A program made the translations under genes and the position numbers. The notes under the pieces are model-generated. The model had not been told where the DNA came from and did not search any database. It saw only the letters and a program-made list of their open reading frames with translations. From IMG/VR virus record IMGVR_UViG_3300044691_000591, positions 20,850-84,849 of that record: a stretch of 64,000 nucleotides of DNA, one strand, 5' to 3'. This document shows positions 47,271-55,360 of the stretch, one piece after another (the stretch's first letter is position 1; each line of letters begins with the position of its first letter). The DNA comes from a virus.

Positions 47271-47525
47271 ATGAACAGCATCGAACTCCGCGAGTCGTCC
47301 GACCCGGACCGCGTTGCAGCCCTCGCCCTGACCGTCGAAGACATCGCCTTCCAGCTCGCGCAGATCGCAGCCCAGGCCAACGACGACGAGGTAGCCCACG
47401 GCATGGAGGACAACCTCCGCGACACCGTTCTCCGCGCCATCGCCGCCGGACACCCGGATGCGATGCTGCTCGCTGCCGCCGCGCTCCGCAGCGAGGACAT
47501 CGACTTCGCCCGCTACTACGCCTGA
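47271..47525 (+). CDS. phage hypothetical protein
   Basis: DDEVAHGMED...LRAIA...DFARYYA phage motif. Confidence 0.7.
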   Translation: MNSIELRESSDPDRVAALALTVEDIAFQLAQIAAQANDDEVAHGMEDNLRDTVLRAIAAGHPDAMLLAAAALRSEDIDFARYYA

Positions 47526-47562
47526 CGTCCCGTCTCATCCCACCCACCCGAAGGAGAACCGC

Positions 47563-47820
47563 ATGGGCACAGGCCCGGATCACTACCGCGAGGCTGAGCG
47601 TCTGCTCGCCGGGCGCACCCTGCCCGCCACCGAGGACGGCACCGAGACGTTCTGGGTGCCCGCGACCGCCGACGACATTGCCGCCGCGCAGGCCCACGCG
47701 ACGCTCGCACTCGCGGCGGCGACCGCCCTGCCCCTCCAGCGCATGATCCTGGTCGACCCGATCAAGGCGTGGTCCGCCGCCATTGACGGGGCCGAGTCCA
47801 CCTCTGAGGACAGCGAATGA
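47563..47820 (+). CDS. phage hypothetical protein
   Basis: GPDHYREAERLL...AQAHATLALAAATA. Confidence 0.7.
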   Translation: MGTGPDHYREAERLLAGRTLPATEDGTETFWVPATADDIAAAQAHATLALAAATALPLQRMILVDPIKAWSAAIDGAESTSEDSE

Positions 47821-48038
47821 CCGAGCGCAAGGTGCCGCCGCCCGCCGACCCGTACACCCAGCACAACGCCCGGTTCCGCGGCGGCCGGCTCAACCACCGC
47901 GTCAAGGACGCCGAGGACTACGCCCTCATGGAAGCCGCCTGCGGCAAGACCGGCTACCAGGCCACCGGCTATCCGGGCCTGGCGCCCAGGCCCTGCACCG
48001 GCTGCTACCCGGGCGCGAAGAAGACGCCCACCACCTGA
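47817..48038 (+). CDS. hypothetical protein
   Basis: ATGA-coupled; H/C motifs. Confidence 0.55.
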   Translation: MTERKVPPPADPYTQHNARFRGGRLNHRVKDAEDYALMEAACGKTGYQATGYPGLAPRPCTGCYPGAKKTPTT

Positions 48039-48103
48039 CCCCGTCCCGCCGTGGCCCGATGGGGATCATCCGCCAGGATTGGGCCAGCAACGCAAGGAGC
48101 ACC

Positions 48104-48877
48104 GTGGACACCCTCACTGCCCCCGACGCCATCGCCGCACACCTCCAAGCCGCCTGGCAGCAGCCCGGCGCCGGACACCGCAGCTACAGCACCAGCGTGC
48201 AGCGCCCCATCGCCGGATCCGCTGAGGACCAGATCACCCCGGATGGCGTCGAGAATCCGTACTGGGACATCGTGCGCTGGCTGCCCGCCGCACCGTCCTG
48301 GTATGCCGGCTCCCTGCTGCAGCCCGAAGGATTTGCCACGAGTCTGGGCGACCTGAAGGCCATCGAGACCCTGGGCGTGTTCCGCAACGCCCTCGCGACC
48401 CGCTACGCCTGGTCGATCATCACGCCCGGGGACGTCACCTGGATCACCGGTGTCCTCGACGGGCGCGGCGTCGTCGAGGTCGGAGCCGGGACCGGCTACT
48501 GGGCCTGGCAACTGGAGCAGGCCGGTGTCTCCATGGCGGCCTACGACCCGTACCCGCCCGCCGCCGACAACACGTACTGCAAGCACGGCCCCTACACCAC
48601 CCTGCTGCCCGCCGGCGCGGAGGCTGCGGCCGAGCACCCCGACCGGGCGCTGCTCATAGTCTGGCCGCCCTACGGCGGAGAGCACGCCGAACACGCCCTC
48701 GCGGTCTACAAGGGCGACCTCCTCATCTACGCCGGGGAGGGCACGGGCGGCTGCACCGCCGACGACGGCTTCTACGAGGCCCTCGAAGCCGAGTGGACCG
48801 AGATCAGCGAAGCACCCCAGCACGTCACCTGGTCGGGCATCCACTGCCGGCTCGCCGCCTACCGGCGCACCACCTGA
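48104..48877 (+). CDS. class I SAM methyltransferase-like protein
   Basis: VVEVGAGTGYWA motif I; LLIVWPPY; RBS AAGGAG. Confidence 0.75.
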   Translation: MDTLTAPDAIAAHLQAAWQQPGAGHRSYSTSVQRPIAGSAEDQITPDGVENPYWDIVRWLPAAPSWYAGSLLQPEGFATSLGDLKAIETLGVFRNALATRYAWSIITPGDVTWITGVLDGRGVVEVGAGTGYWAWQLEQAGVSMAAYDPYPPAADNTYCKHGPYTTLLPAGAEAAAEHPDRALLIVWPPYGGEHAEHALAVYKGDLLIYAGEGTGGCTADDGFYEALEAEWTEISEAPQHVTWSGIHCRLAAYRRTT

Positions 48878-48889
48878 TCGGAGACCGCC

Positions 48890-49309
48890 ATGTCCAGTCC
48901 GGCCATCATCGTCGACCTCGACGGGACGCTCGCCCTGATCGTCGACCGGTCGCCGTACGACGCGGACGAGTGCGGCCTGGACACGGTCAACGAGGCTGTG
49001 CGCACGGTCATGGGTTGGGCGCAGGCCGCCGGGTACGCCATCGTCCTGGTGTCCGGTCGCGGCCTGAAGCCGAGTCACCGGACCTACACGGAGCAGTGGC
49101 TGACGTGGAACGGCATCGACTGGGACGAGCTCCACATGCGCCGGCCGGGCGACCAGCGTCCGGACGACGTGGTGAAGGCCGAGATCTACCGCGACCGGAT
49201 CGAGGACAACCACACCGTGCTGTTCGTGATGGACGACCGTCGCGCGGTGGTCCGGATGTGGCGCGAGGAGTTCGGGCTGACCGTATTCCAGGTCGCCGAC
49301 CGTATCTGA
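48890..49309 (+). CDS. HAD phosphatase (T4 PseT 3'-phosphatase-like)
   Basis: IVDLDGTLA, VSGR, LHMR..GDQRPDDVVK, MDDR. Confidence 0.88.
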   Translation: MSSPAIIVDLDGTLALIVDRSPYDADECGLDTVNEAVRTVMGWAQAAGYAIVLVSGRGLKPSHRTYTEQWLTWNGIDWDELHMRRPGDQRPDDVVKAEIYRDRIEDNHTVLFVMDDRRAVVRMWREEFGLTVFQVADRI

Positions 49310-49355
49310 CCCTGCTGCCTGGCGTGCTGCCGGGCGGCCCACGAAGGAGACCCGC

Positions 49356-49799
49356 ATGTCTGACCCGACCCCTGAGCAGATCCTGACCGTCCTCAACGAC
49401 GGCGAGCCCGTCGACTACGCCGCGCTGGAGTGGTGTGTGATCACCGGCGGCTACGCGCAGGACATCGACCGGTACGGCAACCTCGTCGAGCGCGACACGG
49501 TGAAGTACTGGCCGTTCGAGCAGGGCGAACTACTGCTCCTCAATGAGAACGGCCGTGAACCGTTCGGCGAGGGCCGCAAGCCCGGCAAGTGGTCCGTGAC
49601 CGCGTTCGACACCCGCGACTACGAGCAGGCCCTCGCCCTGTCCCAGCTAATCAAGGCCAACCCGGACGAGCGCGGCATGTGGGAGTGGGCCGACGGGGCG
49701 TGGACGCGCTGTGTGGGCCCGATGCCGCGCAGGCACGACGGGTTGGCGTGGCTCGGCAAGCAGCTCGACAACGAGGAGCGGGCCGGGTGGACGCAGTAG
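49356..49799 (+). CDS. hypothetical protein
   Basis: RBS AAGGAG. Confidence 0.65.
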   Translation: MSDPTPEQILTVLNDGEPVDYAALEWCVITGGYAQDIDRYGNLVERDTVKYWPFEQGELLLLNENGREPFGEGRKPGKWSVTAFDTRDYEQALALSQLIKANPDERGMWEWADGAWTRCVGPMPRRHDGLAWLGKQLDNEERAGWTQ

Positions 49800-49947
49800 C
49801 CCTCCGCCTGCCTAGCCCCCGTCCGGGCGGCGGCATCACCCGCGCTGACGTGCACGATTCCCGCTGATCGACATCCGCGATCGGCTGCGAACGATCACCA
49901 CAAAGCAGCACAATTAGGCGTATACAGCAACGAATTGAGACACCCTC

Positions 49948-50175
49948 ATGGGCTGGTCCGACACCCCCAACGACATCTTCGACCCCGTCGCTCGCGCACT
50001 CATCGAAGCCCGCGCCACCGACGGGCTGAAGCGCAACGTCCTCGGAGTCCTCATCCAACGGCTCCGGTACGAGGACTGGGACACCGCAGACGACTCGCTG
50101 AAGGTCTTCGCCCACGACCCTGGGGTCGTTGCCGCGTTCGCCGACAACGGCATCCGGCGGGGCACCGATGAGTAG
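49948..50175 (+). CDS. hypothetical protein
   Basis: First gene after an AT-rich promoter-like stretch. Confidence 0.65.
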   Translation: MGWSDTPNDIFDPVARALIEARATDGLKRNVLGVLIQRLRYEDWDTADDSLKVFAHDPGVVAAFADNGIRRGTDE

Positions 50176-50608
50176 CGCCGCGAAAGTCCTCTCCGACCGC
50201 ATCGGGCGCGCACTCGCCCTCGGGCTCGCCGACCGCCACCAGGATGCCTGGGCAGAGATCAAGGCCGCAGTCGCTCCGGATTCGGTCGCGATGTACGCGA
50301 CCGTCTGCGGGCTCGCTGAGGTTGCCGTCGCCGACCGGGTAGCGGCCAATCCTGGCGGCGTCTTCGGCCTTGCCGTAAAGCACGAGGGGCGGCCGGCCGG
50401 AGCCCAGGACGCGCCAGCTCCGCAGCGGCTCGCGATGCAGATCATGGCCGCACAGGCTAATCGCGACTTCGACACGACCAAGGCCCTGTTCAAGGCCGCC
50501 ATGAACATGGACCCGGCTTCGGTGGCCGATGCGACGCTGATCCTTTACCAGGCGGCGCTGAAGACCAGCCGGGAACGCATCGCCCGTGGCGACCGGAGGA
50601 CCCCGTGA
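50168..50608 (+). CDS. hypothetical protein
   Basis: Overlaps both neighbours. Confidence 0.6.
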   Translation: MSSAAKVLSDRIGRALALGLADRHQDAWAEIKAAVAPDSVAMYATVCGLAEVAVADRVAANPGGVFGLAVKHEGRPAGAQDAPAPQRLAMQIMAAQANRDFDTTKALFKAAMNMDPASVADATLILYQAALKTSRERIARGDRRTP

Positions 50609-51042
50609 CCCGCCCCTCCCGTTGCGGCAACGACCCGCGCACCGTGCTCCTGCCCGGCGACCGGGAGGCCGTCGAGGAGTTCGAGGCGTACCTGAAGGAG
50701 AAGCGCGACGTGCAGCCGACCGTGGTGTGCATCTGCGGCAGCATGCGGTTCGGGGACGCCATGGCCGAGGCCGCACGCAACGAGTCGATCGCGGGCCGCA
50801 TCGTCGTGATGCCGCACGTGAACATGAAGACCTGGGGCGGGGCCGCCGAGGTCGGCGAGGAGATCAAGGAGCGGCTCGACAGTCTCCACCGGGCCAAGAT
50901 CCGCATGGCCCACGAGGTGCTGGTCGTCGGCGACTACATCGGCCAGTCCACCACGGCGGAGATCAAGTACGCGCGGTACATGGGCATGCCCGTGCGGTTC
51001 ACCCACCCCGACGTCGACCCCAACAGAAAGGCCGACCGGTGA
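50605..51042 (+). CDS. nucleoside 2-deoxyribosyltransferase-like small Rossmannoid protein
   Basis: VVCICGSMRF...LHRAKIRMAHEVLVV..YIGQSTTAEIKYA. Confidence 0.65.
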   Translation: MTRPSRCGNDPRTVLLPGDREAVEEFEAYLKEKRDVQPTVVCICGSMRFGDAMAEAARNESIAGRIVVMPHVNMKTWGGAAEVGEEIKERLDSLHRAKIRMAHEVLVVGDYIGQSTTAEIKYARYMGMPVRFTHPDVDPNRKADR

Positions 51043-51275
51043 CCTTCGCCGACTTCGTCCAGCCCGGCAATTACAACCGCTCCGACGGCAACACGGTCTG
51101 CGGCCACAACATCGTGGTCGGGCCCGGTGCGTGCGTGGAGTGCCACGCGCTGACTGGCGAGCACCAGGAGAGCGGCTGCACCTGCGACCTCGACGCCTAC
51201 GACGCCCAGCAGGCGGAGAGCTGGGCTGAGGCGTCCATGGAGCGCGCCAGGGCTGCACGGGGGACTGCCCGGTGA
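51039..51275 (+). CDS. Cys/His-containing hypothetical protein
   Basis: GTGA-coupled. Confidence 0.55.
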   Translation: MTFADFVQPGNYNRSDGNTVCGHNIVVGPGACVECHALTGEHQESGCTCDLDAYDAQQAESWAEASMERARAARGTAR

Positions 51276-51454
51276 GCGCCATCGACGACTTCGACGCGCC
51301 CGGCTTCCAGGCGTTGTGCGCCCGATTCGGGATCGAGGCCACGCCCGTCACCGACGCGTTCGGGCGGATCGACTTCCGGCTGGACCGGAAGAACATGGAG
51401 AAGATCGCGGCGCTGAAGCGGCTCGCCGACGGACAACGCACCAAGGAGAACTGA
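51272..51454 (+). CDS. hypothetical protein
   Basis: GTGA-coupled, 60 aa. Confidence 0.55.
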   Translation: MSAIDDFDAPGFQALCARFGIEATPVTDAFGRIDFRLDRKNMEKIAALKRLADGQRTKEN

Positions 51455-51615
51455 TGGACACCGCCGACCTTGAGTCGTGGATTCCGGCACTGGCCGGCTT
51501 GAGCCTGGGCGAGGTGGGCGAACTGGACGAGGCCGCGCTCGGTCCGGCCGTCGCCAGCATGCTCGCCCGGGTCGACCGGCCACTGGCGACCGTCGCCGGA
51601 TCGAGCGGGAGCTGA
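51454..51615 (+). CDS. FxsA-leader-like peptide (53 aa) lacking the FxS core
   Basis: RBS AAGGAG, TGATG overlap; MDTADLESWIPALAGLSLGEVGELDEAALGPAVASMLARVDRPLATVAGSSGS. Confidence 0.55.
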   Translation: MDTADLESWIPALAGLSLGEVGELDEAALGPAVASMLARVDRPLATVAGSSGS

Positions 51616-51617
51616 CG

Positions 51618-52226
51618 ATGACCCCGACGACCCGCTACCTGTGCCCGCTGAACTGCGGCTGGCACCACGACGAAGACCCCGCCGACGTGCCACCGCAGGT
51701 CACCGTCGACGCCGACACGCTCGCGTCCGGCGACCTCGGAGCCGTCATCAGCGCGGTCGCCTTCGCGCACGCCAAGGCCGCGCTGGAGCATGTGGAGAGC
51801 ACCGTGAAGGCGCACCTGGAGACGCACCCGCTGATCGAGTGGGCGCAGAAGGTCGCATCGCTGCAGCGGGATCTCGCCGGGGCCGAGGCCGACGTGCAGC
51901 TCGCGATGGACGAGTGGGGCAAGTCCGATAAGCACCACGCCGAGAAGAGCGTCGCCGCAGCGGCCGAGCGGGGTGCCTGGGGTACGACCCGGATGCGGGT
52001 CTGGAACGCTGCCTTCATCGCCGACGCGGAAGACGTCACGGACTGGCAGCGCGGCTACCGGGCCTGCTCCGAGCGGGTCGTGGCGGCGCTGGACGAGCCG
52101 GTCGACATGGTGATCTACGACTTCAACACGCGGCCGTTGCCTACCCCCGCAACGCCGTCCCGGACAACGCCGGACAATCCCGTGACCAGCAGCGATGCGG
52201 CGGACAAAGGCGGTGAGCAGCCGTGA
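51618..52226 (+). CDS. hypothetical protein
   Basis: YLCPLNCGWHHD N-terminus. Confidence 0.65.
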   Translation: MTPTTRYLCPLNCGWHHDEDPADVPPQVTVDADTLASGDLGAVISAVAFAHAKAALEHVESTVKAHLETHPLIEWAQKVASLQRDLAGAEADVQLAMDEWGKSDKHHAEKSVAAAAERGAWGTTRMRVWNAAFIADAEDVTDWQRGYRACSERVVAALDEPVDMVIYDFNTRPLPTPATPSRTTPDNPVTSSDAADKGGEQP

Positions 52227-52624
52227 GCGTGTGGGGCACGATCTGGTCGGCGGATGACGACGAGCACACCAACCAGTGCAGCCGGTGGCCGCCGCCGATC
52301 AAGACCGGCCCGCACACCTGGAGCTCCACCCTCGACGACTCCCGGCCGTGCGACTGCGGCCAGCCCGGTGCGCCGATCATCTACCAGCCCTCGCATATCC
52401 TGCCCGCGCCGACCGACCAGCGCGGCGGCCACGTATCCCTCGCTGAGGTGCCCGGCCACGTCACCCGCGACGGGCGCGACGACGGCCCCGACGACGCGTG
52501 GGGTGTGTGGCCATGGCTACGCCTGTCCGTGGGCCAGGAGGACGCCGTGCTCGACGAGGCCCTCGTGCGCAGCCTGCGGGACGCCCTCGACGGCTGGCTG
52601 ACGGCGCGCGGCGGCCAGCCGTGA
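52223..52624 (+). CDS. hypothetical protein
   Basis: GTGA-coupled. Confidence 0.6.
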   Translation: MSVWGTIWSADDDEHTNQCSRWPPPIKTGPHTWSSTLDDSRPCDCGQPGAPIIYQPSHILPAPTDQRGGHVSLAEVPGHVTRDGRDDGPDDAWGVWPWLRLSVGQEDAVLDEALVRSLRDALDGWLTARGGQP

Positions 52625-52956
52625 CTGGGGCCGTGCGCGCCCTGCTGACGCCGTTCTACTGGCTGGCCGTCGCCCTGCTGTGGCTGATAGCCATGCCGTG
52701 GCCGCTGGCGCTGCTGGCAGCCCACCTGCCGTGGTGGGGAATGTACCCGGCCTGTGCCGCACTGGGCGTGGGCTACGGCGCCGCCGCCGTGTATGCCAGG
52801 GGCCCGCTGCTGAACCCGCCCGCCCGCTACCTGGCCGGGCTGATCGAGGACCTGGCTGCGGAGTGGCACAAGGCCACCGCGGCCCCAACACTTCCGCCAC
52901 CCGGCGGGGAGATCGACGGGCAGACCCGCCCGGCAACTGAGAGGCTTCACCCATGA
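52621..52956 (+). CDS. membrane protein
   Basis: Two to three hydrophobic segments; coupled on both sides. Confidence 0.6.
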   Translation: MTGAVRALLTPFYWLAVALLWLIAMPWPLALLAAHLPWWGMYPACAALGVGYGAAAVYARGPLLNPPARYLAGLIEDLAAEWHKATAAPTLPPPGGEIDGQTRPATERLHP

Positions 52957-53126
52957 ACGAGACCCAGACCGCGAGCGGCACGAACTTCCCGACCGGCCGG
53001 CGCAAGCGCATGTCGCTGGACCAGGCGTGCAAGGCGGTGGAGGCCAGCTCTTCGCCGGTCGTGAGCCGGATCCTGCCGAGTGGGACCGACCAGGTGGAGG
53101 TCGCTGCCTTCAACTCGTCGATCTAG
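52953..53126 (+). CDS. fxsA: FxSxx-COOH RiPP precursor-like peptide (57 aa)
   Basis: Own translation: MNETQTASGTNFPTGRRKRMSLDQACKAVEASSSPVVSRILPSGTDQVEVAAFNSSI*; ATGA overlap with the upstream gene; GAGAGG RBS. Confidence 0.8.
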   Translation: MNETQTASGTNFPTGRRKRMSLDQACKAVEASSSPVVSRILPSGTDQVEVAAFNSSI

Positions 53127-53158
53127 ACATGTACACGCCAACGCTCCCCGGTGCACCC

Positions 53159-53314
53159 ATGCCTGGGGAGCGTCTCGCTGTGCCGTGCAGCCGCTGCGAG
53201 CGACTGTTGACGGACCCGCTCTCTCGCTCCCTGCGGCTCGGACCGGAGTGCAGATCTGCCGAGTTCGCGACGCGTGGCTTCGAGGTGGAGCAGGACGTGC
53301 TGCCGGGCCTGTGA
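53159..53314 (+). CDS. DUF6011-like zinc finger peptide
   Basis: CSRCERLLTDPLSRSLRLGPEC. Confidence 0.7.
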   Translation: MPGERLAVPCSRCERLLTDPLSRSLRLGPECRSAEFATRGFEVEQDVLPGL

Positions 53315-53352
53315 CCTGCACCCCACCGCTGGCACGCTTCACCCCTCCGACG

Positions 53353-53373
53353 CATAATCGAACGCATGTCCGA
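53353..53373 (+). promoter_or_regulatory. -10 box plus LexA (SOS) box overlapping a leaderless start
   Basis: CATAAT 53353-53358; TCGAAC-GCAT-GTCCGA, one mismatch from the actinobacterial TCGAAC-N4-GTTCGA. Confidence 0.7.
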
Positions 53374-53734
53374 ACGCCGCCCTGGGATCCCGCCTCACAA
53401 CTGGCCCCGCCAGCTCCCACCCCCGCACGACCCCGAACTGCCCCTGCGCGTCATCGGCTGGATCCGCGAGATCCTGCCCTCCGAGGAATGGCGCGTCGAA
53501 GAACTCCGCAGCCACCCATGGGAACTCGTCACCATGGGCATGACCGCCATCGACCGCATGATCCAGAGCCTGCGCGACTCCCACCGCGAAACCGTGGACC
53601 TCTACGCCGGCATCCTCGGCGACGACGACACCCGCCGACTCCTCGACGCCCACGCCCGCGAAGCCGCCCGCCTCACCGAGCTGCGGGTGCAGCTGTCCGA
53701 GGTCTCCAGCGCACTGTTCACGCGCCCGCAGTAG
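53366..53734 (+). CDS. conserved actinobacterial hypothetical protein, probably SOS-induced
   Basis: WPRQLPPP...W..E.L...L..HP pattern; LexA box at the start. Confidence 0.65.
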   Translation: MSERRPGIPPHNWPRQLPPPHDPELPLRVIGWIREILPSEEWRVEELRSHPWELVTMGMTAIDRMIQSLRDSHRETVDLYAGILGDDDTRRLLDAHAREAARLTELRVQLSEVSSALFTRPQ

Positions 53735-53858
53735 GCCGCCTGTCAGTGGCGGCCCGTAGCTTCGTCGTCAGCGCACCAGGCCGCCGGGGCGGGCGACCGG
53801 AAAGACCGCGCGACGAAGGCGGCCCACCCGAGGTACGGGGCGGGCCGCCTTCGACGGG

Positions 53859-54032
53859 TCAGCGGGAGCGTCGGAACGGCCAGCGCCAGCGCCAGGGTGG
53901 CCGCTCGCAGTGGCGATGGTCCGGGTCGTGAGCCCCGCAGTGGTGCCGACAGCCGTAGCAGCAGCACCTGCACGGCGACGGCTTCACCTCGCGACCCGGG
54001 CAGCTCGCGTGCAGTCGGGCCGCGCAACTCAC
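53859..54032 (-). CDS. Cys/His-rich peptide (57 aa)
   Basis: Own translation: VSCAARLHASCPGREVKPSPCRCCCYGCRHHCGAHDPDHRHCERPPWRWRWPFRRSR; GTGA-coupled to the upstream gene. Confidence 0.5.
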   Translation of the reverse strand: MSCAARLHASCPGREVKPSPCRCCCYGCRHHCGAHDPDHRHCERPPWRWRWPFRRSR

Positions 54033-54427
54033 GCGCGCTCCCCGTCGTCGTCCCCGGTGAGGTTGGCGTCGCAGGCCGCGAGCAGCCGGGCATGCGTCTC
54101 CAGGCCCGTGCGCTCGGACTCGGCCAGGGCATCGTCGGCAGGGTCGTAGGTCCGCGCGAGGGCCTCCGGCGAGATGGGGTAGAACTCACCGAGCGGCCCG
54201 GCGACCAGATGGTGTCCGACCGGCACGTTGATCCAGTCGCGCTCCTCGCTGTTCCAGACGCGGGCCGAGGCGTAGATGCCGTCGGCCGGGTCGGGCCCGG
54301 TGAACAGGGGCGCGGATCCGTCGGGGAACGGTCCGCAGAACATCAGCAGCTCGTCCAGGTTGTCGCCGGTCCACTCCAGGGTGCGGACCTCGACGGGGCG
54401 CTTCCGGCGCATGGTCACGGCGGGCAT
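54029..54427 (-). CDS. phage hypothetical protein
   Basis: RKRPVEVRTLEWTGDN...GEFYPI...TYD phage family motif. Confidence 0.75.
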   Translation of the reverse strand: MPAVTMRRKRPVEVRTLEWTGDNLDELLMFCGPFPDGSAPLFTGPDPADGIYASARVWNSEERDWINVPVGHHLVAGPLGEFYPISPEALARTYDPADDALAESERTGLETHARLLAACDANLTGDDDGERA

Positions 54428-54801
54428 CAGGTGGTCTCCTTCGGGGTGGTGATGTCGTCGATGGCGCGGGCTGCGGCGAGCAGTGCGGCGCGGGTGGAGG
54501 GCCGGTCAGCGGTGGCGCGCAGGAGCACGGCGGCCGACCGGGCAGCGGCGCGCAGGCCGGCGAGTTCGGCCTGCGCCTTGGCGAGGTCGGTGCGGAAGAT
54601 GTCCCGCTCGGCGGTGATCAGGTCGACGTGGGCCAGCAGCCACGCCATGTCGCGGCGAGATACCTCGATCCATGTCTCGGCGAAGCGGGAGCGGATCTGC
54701 GCGAGTTGCTCGGCGATCTGCTCGCGGAGGTCGGGTTGGGGCTGGCCTGCCTCGCGGCGACGAGCCTCGGCAGTATTGGCTATGGGACTGCGATCGGTCA
54801 C
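54427..54801 (-). CDS. hypothetical (Ead/Ea22-like) protein
   Basis: LAQIRSR...DMAWLLAHVD coiled coil. Confidence 0.55.
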   Translation of the reverse strand: MTDRSPIANTAEARRREAGQPQPDLREQIAEQLAQIRSRFAETWIEVSRRDMAWLLAHVDLITAERDIFRTDLAKAQAELAGLRAAARSAAVLLRATADRPSTRAALLAAARAIDDITTPKETT

Positions 54802-55154
54802 GGTGCTTCGGCCCCTTCCAGGTTGGCGATGACAAGGTCGAGCTGGGCGCGCGTGGAGATCAAGCGGCGGCGCAGCTTGTCCACCCCGGCAGCCTTGGAT
54901 GCGATCACCGGCAGGTCCGGGCCGAGGAGGTCCGTCAGTTCGACGCCGAGAGCCTGCGCGATCGCGATGAGGACATGGACCGATGTGCGCTGGCGTCCGG
55001 CCTCGATGTTCGTGATCGAGGAGCGGGTCAATCCGACGGCGGCGGCAAGGTCGGCCTGGATGGTTCCGTGCTGCTCCCGGGCGGCGACGACGTTCCGGCC
55101 GATGAGGGTGTACAGGTCGAGGATGGCCCGGTTGGCGGCGGCGAGATCGGTCAT
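54798..55154 (-). CDS. XRE-family HTH regulator
   Basis: IQADLAAAVGLTRSSITNIEAGRQ...LIAIAQALGV. Confidence 0.85.
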   Translation of the reverse strand: MTDLAAANRAILDLYTLIGRNVVAAREQHGTIQADLAAAVGLTRSSITNIEAGRQRTSVHVLIAIAQALGVELTDLLGPDLPVIASKAAGVDKLRRRLISTRAQLDLVIANLEGAEAP

Positions 55155-55360
55155 CAGTGCTGCTCCTTGCTGCGGGCGACGGCGTCGGCGAGTTGACTCT
55201 CGGCCTGATCGAGCAGACACACGAACTGATTCGTGGCCGGGCTCACGGGCCCATGCAGCCTCGCCAGGTCGGCCAGCAGGTCCGGGATCTCGGCAGCGAG
55301 GATCTCGACGTGGATGCGCTCCTCGCCGGGGATGCGGTTCATGTGCACGCGTTCAGGCAT
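55154..55360 (-). CDS. hypothetical protein
   Basis: Coupled operon gene. Confidence 0.55.
   Translation of the reverse strand: MPERVHMNRIPGEERIHVEILAAEIPDLLADLARLHGPVSPATNQFVCLLDQAESQLADAVARSKEQH

Noticed and set aside
48104-48877. DNA methyltransferase of a restriction-modification pair with the Mrr gene
   Set aside because: There is no DPPY/NPPY or PC motif (WPPY only), the genes are 15 kb apart, and Mrr-type enzymes have no cognate MTase
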